NCBI GenBank assembly: GCA_003614675.1
Contig: ML002310.1
Span: forward strand, 1 to 44,271
DNA: 44,271 nucleotides
Direction of reading: 5' to 3'
DNA from: Dimargaris cristalligena
Lineage: Eukaryota
Shown: positions 34,401 to 44,271 of the stretch, piece after piece
How the letters are laid out: each line of letters starts with the position of its first letter
How positions within the stretch are numbered: position 1 is the first letter of the stretch
Notes under the pieces: model-generated
Seen by the model: the letters and a program-made list of their open reading frames with translations, nothing else
What the model was told of the DNA's origin: nothing
Databases searched by the model: none
Program-made: the position numbers and the translations under genes

Positions 34401-37400
34401 GGGCGTTGACACGTCAGCTAAAAAACGCTTTGAATCAGTACCAGACTAACATTCTAAGTATTCGGTTTGCACCACTTCAGCCAACCACCTAGTACATCTG
34501 GTATTATTATTTTTAAGTTCCATCTCCTGAATGCCCGCTACAGTAGTGACTAACTAGTTATTATACGCCATTGTTTGTGCTCCACTATACACATTCGCAT
34601 TTGATGATGAATGCCTAATAATAGAATGTGCTTAAGTCGGAAGTGCCCAGTTAGTTCAGAATTGCCCATCTTCGCTATACTATACTTGGGGCAGTTGCTA
34701 TGTTTTTGGATTGGAATGTTGCTACTATCTTCCATACACGGCTACTTCACCATGGCAAAACAACCAAAAGTGCCCGCAGCTAACCGGTTTTGTTAGTCCA
34801 GGGGGGAATAGGAGGAGGAGGGGAGGTTCCCCTAAACAGACCGCATCACCTGTGTTTAGTGATTCGACTGCGAATACAGGCCAGTCGGTGTCTTATCCCG
34901 CGCATCGAGTGGAAAAATGGGCGAATAAAAGGTTCCCACGTCTGTCCCCCCTCCCCTTCCCCCGACGACCACTATGACTATGCACTTTCATTTTGTAAAA
35001 TAACAATAATAAAATATACATGAATGGCTGGTAAAACCCACTTCTGTGGCGCATTAGGATGTGATGCACCAATGTATTAATATGTATTAATATGTATGAC
35101 TTTACTTACTCCATGAATAGCCGCTAGGCATGACTAGCTGCTGGACAGTCAGGCGGTGGCCTTTACCAGCAGTGAATATTATCCATCCAAGCGATTCGAG
35201 TCGATAGAAGGTAGTGATGGAGGTGGGTTAAAGTAAATCCACATGGACCCACAGGAAACTATATCCTCCGGCCACTGGAGGCTGGCTAATTCCCGGCATG
35301 GATGTCTTTGCGATACGGATGGGTGCTCGGCAAAAGTACGATGGCAATCGGGCAATGAATGGCGGAAAGGAAAAAAGAAAGGGGGTTGAGTTTGAAGGGA
35401 ATCGAGGGGTGGGAGAAGTTCGTGGTTATCAAGGTATCCCATTGAATCAATTGGAAGGCTAAGAAATGTTCGACATACCGTCGTAACCAGCGTTAAAGGT
35501 CTTTGGGATTACTACCAGTAGCCACCTCGGTATAGTGTCACCGGGGTGGGGGCGACTATGGCCCCAGTCCTGACATCAATTATTTTCTTTCATGACATTT
35601 ACTATCGCAAGAGCCCCTAGCAAATTACGCTCGAATGATTCACCACTTACCGAGGAACCGAAGATGGCGTGTCTAACGAAAGCCCCCGGGGCCATACGAA
35701 TCGATCGAATGAATCAGCCCACCGCCCCCAAATGCCTGGTCAAGGTTAAATGACATGGCGGCAATTACTGGAATAACAATGAAGCCTGGCGGACTAATAG
35801 GCCCAGCACAATAATTTGGTGCCACACTCGTATTTTGACGACCCCTGAAGTTAGCCTCCCTTTTCCAAGGTTGGTATGATATGGGAGAAGTTCATTCAGG
35901 CTGTATAGTGAAAAATCCGTTGGATGAGGCCAATATTACTGGCTGAAAATGAACCACCCACTCATTGTCTCGTACACTTGTCATTTAAATCCCTATACAG
36001 CTGAGTCGAATATCACCCATATGCACCCACCCAAATACCGATGCGAGTGGGATGACTAGCTTGACCACCACCCATTCGCCTCGTTATTTCTATACCCATG
36101 TCTTCTCATCACTTTGATACCATTTTTCTTCCCTAATACATTGATTGCATATGATAAGAACGCCGGGGCGTACATACTATCCCAACAATATACCCACTAG
36201 CCGCCACCTACTGTGGTAGACAGCCATTGACGTACAGTCAGCAAGGTATAGCCAAATATGGATGGGATATACAGTAACCGAGCAGCGCCTTGTTCCATTG
36301 ACGAGTGTATAATTTGATGTGGTGGCTGGACTCAGTGATGGTGAATACAGATGTGGCCAATACCAAGATAATAATAGTCGATACACTTCCGCACATGGAT
36401 TAAAGATAAGCCAGCGCGGATACGTCAATTGCAACCCCCGAAGGATGGGTCTCAGGGGTATTCTTAGGCAGTGCATGTCTGCGAAGCTCGGCTACGCTTC
36501 GCCTGGGTGGCCGTCGAACCGGGCCTCCACCCAATGGAACTAAACTTGAGTCAGGATGCACAGAAGCATACATTTTTTTTACCAAAAAAAAACACCAACA
36601 AAAAGCGCCTTCTCTTTTACACGCATCTGGCTGCCGCTCGTTGCAGCAATCGTGCAGAAGCCATGAGCACAGAAGCTGTTTTTTTCGCTCAGTAAATTAG
36701 AATATTTTCTCGATTCTTTGGGTGATTATTTTTCCTCTGAGGAATTCCGGATAATTGGGGCCTATAGTCCGAGACTATCATTGATTTTTAGGGTGATACG
36801 TGGCGGCGAAATAGCCATCCGTGGAGCGTCGTGTCCGTACGTGTGGAATGAATCTCACGTAGGTTCGATACATCCCACGGAGTGCTTTGACTGAGAAGAA
36901 GAAAAAACGATTCGATGGAATGATAATGGCCCCGAGTGTGGAGCGATACGACAAATCACAAATAATATCACAAAGTATATTATGCCATCTCGAGGCCTAC
37001 ATGCAACCATTGGGTATTCAAGCCATTTTAATACCAACGCGCGCCTTTTTAGGTCGTACATTCTATACCCCTCACGCCAGCCCCACCCAAATGATATTGC
37101 AACCGCCTGGAGGGGAGCACCGCTCCGACAATATAGAGGCCAGCTGACCCCTCTGCCGAAATGCACCGCCCGAAGGACATTGGCCAGCTTCTGACCCCAA
37201 CGGCTATACTAAAACAACCGAGGTTTAAATAGAGAATCGACACATCATTAAGGTCAAATTATATCTTAATAAAATTACACATTTACATGTACTATTTTGT
37301 TCTTCAAGAAAGCCAGCAAGCCCCGCTCGGCAAACATTGTAATTCCCGGACCAATTCGGCCTGAGCGCAACACTACGAGTAGCCTTGAGCGGTGGCCACC

Positions 37401-38554
37401 TTCGGATTTATCTGGGTGAATACCCCGTAGTGAAGTCAGCCCCCACCTCAAAAGTATCGATAAAGTCGTTAACTGTGGCGGAGTGACCAACAATAGACAT
37501 CTCAAATTCCTCATACTAGGACTATTTTTAGCTTACTCCACTAGTTCTATTAATATACGTAGTTCGTAAAGGTTAGACTGGGTGGAGCCAGGTCGATCCG
37601 AAAAGCACCACTCGATTGCGTTGGCCCATCTCCATAAGTGAATGTCCCGAAATGACCGCGCTCCTGTCCCTTTGCCTTAAATACAAGGTTCATTTTTACT
37701 GATTGCCCTTTGAAGAGCCCACAAATACATCCATTAACCATACTCGGTCACCTAAACATGCCCCAGCATCAATGGCCCTGGTCGAATTAGTCGACTGGGT
37801 TGGAAACCCCGTTGCCGTTTCATATCGCTAACTAGAGAGGCGGTAGTGCACCCTAAAAGCGGTGATTATAAACGGCCAAAGCGAATACCATTACTAATCG
37901 CTGCGGGTTGTTTGAGGTATTCTAGGATAGCGATCCCTGTGGCAGGAGTGATACCCAGCGGTTGTTGTAGCCTGCACAAGTCTACGGTCTCTTTCATCAG
38001 CCACGATATGGCTACCCCCTTTGAATGTTTCCATTGGCAAATCCAGCAAGTAAATATAGGCATACCTTCCCTGATCTGCTAAATATAGATCCCAGAGTCT
38101 GTCTCGACTGTGGATTTATTTTGTCCGCAATATATACCATCCGAAAGTGGTCGTGGCTATGGGTTTGGATATAGATATGGTGGGGTGGGGCGGTTGAGTG
38201 TAATCTCTGTGGGTTTTCGCATTCCGAAAGGGTCTCCCCTCATTGGCCCTTTGCGGCCGAGGGACAAGGCGCCATGAAATCCAGAAAGTCGTATGGGATC
38301 GTCCCGCACTCGCTCTGTTTCGCAGTGCCCGACGATCGGCTACTCTAGGGTGGCTCATTGGCACTGGTGCTATTTTTTTTCCACAGTCCTGAACGGTTCC
38401 TGGGGGAGGTTATATAGAAGGAGAGATGGTAAGTCCCTTAGAAGGCCTCCTCCATCGATTCGCCCCTTTTCCTTAATTTATCTGTTAGTTGAGTGGCTCT
38501 CTATGGAGCAGGGTGGTAATGCCCCCCGGGGATTGCCCTAACGCGAGGAAATGG

Positions 38555-38573
38555 GAGAGAGAGAGAGAGAGAA
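38555..38573. repeat. (GA)n microsatellite
   Basis: gagagagagagagagagaa. Confidence 0.85.
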
Positions 38574-39786
38574 GGGACAAGCGGGATAAATGTGTGCTTT
38601 TGGCAATGGGGGACGCAGCGTAACCAGGCTCGCGCCTGTTTCCCCCTGCATACTGATGTCAATAAGACCCTATTCTAACCCTTCAGGTCTGGCGTATTTA
38701 CTGGCCCAATTATGCCTAGAGGGGGTCTTCTCGTACCATTGCTGAGCTTCGCCGAGGACCTTTTTATTCAGAGTACACACTCGAAACTCGACAAGAGGAT
38801 CGCCGTTGTCGAAGTGGGGATGGTCTTGTACCCAGCCCACAGTCGTGCTTTACTCGACGTTGCCAAAAGAACACTGAATCCTCGCACATCCCAATTATGG
38901 AGCAGCATCCACCCCGCTTGATCTCCTGCTGCTGGGCTTCCGCGCTTAGCCGGCACTCAAAGGCTCAGGCGAGTACGCTTAATATATTCCTTCCCCTTCT
39001 GTTCCGTTCCTTTACACATTCTGGTTATAATTTAGTTGTCTTGTTCTGGTCTTATGAGCTGTATAAACTAGTGATTTTTCTACTCCCAAGTTCGCCTGCT
39101 TTATCGTCGTATATCGATTTCTTATTAGTTTAGTTTAGTTCTGCATCTCATTCCCTTTGGCTCGCTGGCTCGAGTCGCTCCCCGCAATGCTATTTTAAGC
39201 CTCACGCACCATAGCGCACCGGTGACTGGTATATTTTTATATTGCATTTTCCGACCATTAATTGTTCGTTGAGGCTCGGTGCCCGACACTCTCCTCCACT
39301 GACGTCTCGTCTTGAGCTTATTTCTAAGCGGAAGTATACCCACTCTCTCCTTCAGCGCCCGGCTGGTTCTGGGCAACTCCCATCCTTCCTCTCCCCATCC
39401 ACTCGCTTCGAACATTTAAGAATTGCAACCCATTGGTACTATTTTTGCATGCCGCCCAGCGCGTCGAGTAGTACATACCGACTGTTTATCAACACTTTTA
39501 CTTGTGCTACCAGCCGGCCGTTTACCCCACATTTTTTTCGAGCGGCTCTGTTTATATTTGCTTCCAAGCCACACGCCGCCAGTCTATTCCTCCTCCGGGT
39601 CACGAAGGTACAATTATCCTTTTCGCTGTTCCCCACCGCCTCGCCCCCTGAATTTTCACTTCTATTCAACCCCTTACATACCCCGACCGCGCCTGCCCTT
39701 TTTTTTGACAAGTATTCTTCACGCCCACAGACACACTCTCACTCTCGCTGGGTATTTCGTATATACCACTTTAGACCCTTTCGGTT

Positions 39787-42700
39787 ATGTCGCGTTTGTC
39801 GATACTATATAATAGGCCCAGGGGTCGTCGGCCACTCCCTGGGCTGCTAGCCTACCTTGGTGTCTTACTAGCCTGCCTCCTCGGAGTTTGGCCAGCTGTC
39901 GTCGAGTCGAGCCCCCAGAGTGGTGGGCTCCCCACCCCACCCCTCCTTCCCTCTAGCCCACTCTGCCAAGTGGAGTACCTTCTTTTACTTATTTCCCAAA
40001 GGTCCTGGTTCGACGGGGGCCTCCTTTCCCCCATCGGGTCAATAGTTTATCCGACCAGTGACCGGTCCGGTAGTTTGATTGACCTATGGGGGTCGTCGAC
40101 GAGTGCGCATCGTTCCCCTTCGACTGGAGGATGCTATACCGCTGCCGAGGTAAGAATTTCGGCCGATTGCGCCTGACTACCGGGGACAGCTCCGTGCAGT
40201 CCAAACCGGATAGTTACTATCAAAATAGTGGTATTCATTGGGAGCAAGGGGGGTTGCATCCACTTGTCTTCATCTCCTGCAAGGAGTCTGCACTATCGTG
40301 ATATTCTCCACCATTCCTTACCCCCCCCCCTTCGTGTCTGCCTGCTGGAAATGAGACATGGCTAGCTGCTCATCTGGGGGTCGTTTACATATCCGTCTAC
40401 CTACCAATTGCCTTATTAATTTTCCCCTCCGTCCAATACAACCATATACGATCATCCTAATTTAACCGGTATCCCTTACCGGCTCCCTCGATTGACCATC
40501 CCTAGATTCTAGCCAAACGGCGGGATTTGTACCTAAGCCAGCCCGGCATCCTTCTCGTTGTACGGAAGAAATCAGAATATGCCAACGAGGCCACTCCCTT
40601 TGCCGGTCCCATCGAGATCCACGGCGTGTCCATGTCATACCAAGCCTATACTTTGGCACAGCTCTCAGCTGAACCCCAAATTCTCCGTCGCCGGGAAGCC
40701 CGCGAGGAGCCGGAGCCACCACGGCGCCTACAATCGCTACGTCCCAGCGAATTAGCCCTAGTGAACACCGCTGCATATACTATTCAGCGGTGGTTCTTTT
40801 TTGCCCTAGTAAGTGGCCTGTTATCCCCGCCTTGAACAATCGTGCGCCTCTTTCCGGTCACACCGGGCTCGATAGCATAGATGTCGCCTTATCTTGCATT
40901 GTTCGTGGCTCTATTCTGTGTATAGACAATAGGCCTTCCCCCAGCAATACGCCACTCAGATTTGGGCGATCCTAACCCTATTGATTTACCTCCTATTTAC
41001 CTATGTTTGATAGTTTGCCCTGAGTAGCGCCTACGCCGTATACCAACTGGGCTTTATGGTATGGAGGTTTGGATTACAGGTCAACTTGCGGGCCTTCGTT
41101 TACTTGAGCACCCTGTCCTTCGTCATCACCACCATGGTGAAGCCCATCGGCTCCTCCCTGTCGCCTGTCGCATCGTTCTTTACGTACCTTACACTATGGC
41201 TGGCATTTGCTACCTATTTGGCCCTACTGGGTACTTGGTAGGTAGACTCCCCTATTACAGCTGATTGTTGCTATATTCAACAGCTTGTCCATTAACCCCG
41301 AATACCTCAGGGAATACACCTCATGGAGCACCAGTTAAATTATCACTATTTTCCAGTATACTCCATTGTCCAGCTTTACTTGGTATATTTGGGAATCTAC
41401 TACGAAACTAACCACCAATAGCGGACATTTGTCTTCTAAATCCATCGATTCATTAGGAACCAATTTGTTCGGTCGTTCTACCGGTCCCCGTTTGGTGATA
41501 TCTTTACCGGCATCTGCTACGCATTAGGGTTCTACACATTTGCCCTCTGTCTATTGGGAATGGTCGGCTCCTTCCAATTCGATGGATCGGATGCGCTCAA
41601 CGAATTCACCGCCATGGCCTGCTCGTGTTCGTTGCCGGTGGTATTTTTGATCAAGTCAACGACTATGTTTATTTATGGTATGTTTTATTGAGTATCCATG
41701 CCTAGCCTCGAGCTACCCCAACCATCTCGCTATATCTTGTCGGTGATAAGAATCTAATACCCCTGCTGAACCTGTTGTCTTTCTCTATTGGTATTACTTT
41801 GCCAACCCCGGTCCATCCTACCTATAGCCAAGCGGTGTTTCCAGTGTATCCCGCGGGACATCAAGCCCCATAGTCTCTTCCAGGCTATCATCAAACTAAC
41901 CGCCGTTATTATCGTGGTCCAAGTGGGCTGGTGCTTCCTTCCGGTGGCTGCTGCCCTGTTCATCGTGCGTATGTTCGTGGATAACGCATCCCTTTACTTG
42001 GCGTTTCTTATCATGTACAACCTGACGATCGTGTTGACGTTTTCGGTCATCTTCTGGTTCCTCACGGTTCATGATAGTATTCCCTCCCTCCTGGCCTTCC
42101 TCACCGAGGGGGCCGCCCAACGCAATTCCAGCATCTACCTCTACAGTGACCAAAATACGGTCGTTAGTCCGCATTTCAAAAATTCGCCCCTCCTCTCGGC
42201 GCTACCCGTCCGATTCAGCCAATTAATCACCCTGGGTAAAACCACCACCCCGGCCCCCGGTACGGCCCTAGGGGATACCGCCAAGCTGCCGGTTGATTCC
42301 GAGGCCGCTAAACGGCGCACCGTCGAGCTCCAGAAACTAATCCGTAAGATGTCCAAACACTCCCTCTTCCGTCCCGCCGACCTCAGGGACGCGGATGTTT
42401 CGATGGTGCGTAGTCCCTCGCTTAAAGACGGGGATGAACGCCCGTACCGAATCGGCCGGTTCCAATGGGAGCGGGAGTCGGGTCGGTTTCAGCAACTGTA
42501 TCAGTATTTTACTAGCTGGGGTGGATACAGCGGTGGTGGAGGTAATGGAGGGAAGCATAATGGCCGGTCGGATCGACCCGGGTCTCGAGGATCCTCCTTG
42601 GCCGCTGCCGGAGCCCCCGCCAGCCGTCGCTCACGTAGTCAAAACCGCCGGCAGAAGTCATTGCTTCAAATGCGACCGCAGCCACCCGTCCCAGCCCCAG

Positions 42701-43047
42701 CCCCAGCCCCGGCTCCGATTCCAGTTCTAGCTCTAGCTTCAGCTCCGACCCGGGGTCCGTCTACTTCATCTCGGGCAAGCACCCAGTCAGCGGCAGTGAC
42801 GACTTCCCTTCCCCCGTCTAGACACAGTTCCCAAGTATCACTCAACCCCCTCCTGAATTCAGGAACCCCTTATTCGTTGGCCGCCAATGATAGTGTTCAC
42901 TATTTTCCGGTGACTTTGACCATCACACCGTCCAATGCGTCATCTTCCTCCGGTTCCGTTGTGCGGAATATTCATAACCTCACCATTGAAGTTCCACCCA
43001 TCCCGTACATTCCTGGCCTTGAACCTCGCAAACCCGGCCCCCGCTAG
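39787..43047 (+). CDS. Orphan 7TM receptor-like (GPCR-like) protein with signal peptide, extracellular N-domain and long cytosolic tail. Exons 39787-40149, 40506-40808, 41014-41237, 41457-41677, 41828-43047; 776 aa
   Basis: Four GT..AG introns (donors GTAAGA, GTAAGT, GTAGGT, GTATGT) join four ORF-track fragments plus one unlisted exon into one open frame. N-terminal hydrophobic stretch LLAYLGVLLACLLGVWPAVVES, seven later hydrophobic segments, then a basic S/P-rich tail. Confidence 0.82.
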
Positions 43048-44179
43048 AACCTTTATTTCAGAGGGGGCTTCCTTTTTTTCTTTTTCTAAAAACAGAAATA
43101 TAATTCATCAACAACCCTTACAGTATTTTGTTATTTATTTAAAAGCAATTCACTGTGAGGGGACCCACGAAGAATTAAGATTATGTAAATTTATGAATAA
43201 CTTAGGTATCGCCCCCCCCCCCTCATACATATGTCCATGGCTGGCCGAATGAATCCAACTGTCGCATAGCTTTGTCCTACTTTAATTTCGAACATTCGGC
43301 CGAACCTCATTCATCTCCTTTATCCAGACTCATGGTGTCAGCCATTTATTACTCTATGACTGGCCCCATTCTATCCATCAACTGCACTGTTTTTGTCCAA
43401 CTCTATCCACCCATTGCTCTACTGTGAATAAACCGCCTGCCTTGATTTTACGCCTCTCTACCACCTAATCTTGGATTATATAAATGGTTAGGCCTAGAGT
43501 GACATTGCTGTTGTGCTAGTTATAAAGAAACAAGACTTTCAATTGAAATTTGCTGGCCCGCATCAGCCAACTATCACAGTCTGACCGTAATAGGGGCCGT
43601 GATCCTTATTTAGATTCAATTTCGTAGGACCTTGTGTTGAGTCTGGCAGGTCTTATTTTATGGATTTCTAGAACACCATTTGGTGTAGCCGTCATATAAA
43701 TGTATGTAACCGGTCCTGGGATATCATATTAAAGCCGACTTTAGGGTGATAGAATTCAAAGTAGGACGGTTGGGGTTAGCAGAGAGTCCCTCCACCTCTT
43801 TCAATAGGGGGTGAGAAAAACTAAACAACATGTCAGACATTATTTTGCTCTGCTAGATATCCCGTGCATTGGTATTGCATAGTCCTCGAACCATTTTGAA
43901 AATTATATCGTTACATGGGAATACAAACCAGCGAAAATGCAATAATAACGACTCCCCTCGCCCATCCCAGTGTTTTGGTATCTAGCTTCTTTATAACATA
44001 TTTCGGGTTGAGGAGTTGAGTGGGTATGCAGTTGCCGCTGACCTTTCGAACCAATAGGGTTGGTAATAGAGCTCCCAGTCAGTTGGGTTAGGGATGGCTT
44101 GTTAAATGGATATACAGTGACAGTCTCCCTCCAAATAATTAAATTCGTTTATACAAACTCATTATGTTAATAGAGGGGA

Positions 44180-44250
44180 AAGAAAAATTTTTTCCGTAAA
44201 AATATTACTTTCCCCGAAGTAGAAAGGAAAAATTTTCTAGTGAAAATTTG
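44180..44250 (+). promoter_or_regulatory. Cluster of RRPE-like (GAAAAATTTT) motifs, probably the promoter of a gene beyond the window edge
   Basis: gaaaaatttttt (44182-44193), gaaaaatttt (44227-44236) and tgaaaattt (44241-44249), followed by a CT-rich tract. Confidence 0.35.
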
Positions 44251-44271
44251 TTTCTCTATCTTTCTCCTTCA

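Noticed and set aside
39242-39850. 202-aa TTG-started ORF upstream of the 7TM gene
   Set aside because: Non-ATG start and F/S/P/L composition typical of pyrimidine-rich leader sequence; overlaps the true exon 1 out of frame.
21740-43047. AGC kinase and 7TM gene models both total 2331 coding nt (776 aa)
   Set aside because: The sequences and exon structures are unrelated; coincidence.
1-44271. CRISPR arrays, operons and prokaryotic defence systems
   Set aside because: The sequence is eukaryotic with spliceosomal introns, and no regularly spaced direct repeats were seen.

Overview
Eukaryotic, intron-containing DNA that looks fungal. An early-diverging lineage such as Zoopagomycota or Mucoromycota is my inference from gene style, not an identification. 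Five protein-coding genes can be reconstructed by hand with canonical GT..AG introns: PRP38 splicing factor (minus, 2 exons, 198 aa); an intronless Ran1/Pat1-Sks1/Vhs1-type Ser/Thr kinase (plus, 584 aa); a two-TM membrane protein with three PPxY motifs (minus, at least 2 exons, about 393 aa); a 7-exon AGC kinase with a degenerate N-terminal PX-like domain, a GRGCMG glycine loop and an Asp at the hydrophobic-motif phosphosite (plus, 776 aa); and a 5-exon orphan signal-peptide + ectodomain + 7TM receptor-like protein (plus, 776 aa). Intergenic regions are long (up to about 14 kb) and carry microsatellites and pyrimidine-rich leaders. The most unusual non-genic signal is a possible heavily decayed RT/RNase H relic at about 1.9-3.1 kb with a hepadnavirus/DIRS-like TDAT motif (low confidence, by eye only). 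No tRNA, rRNA or CRISPR array could be supported. No database search was run.
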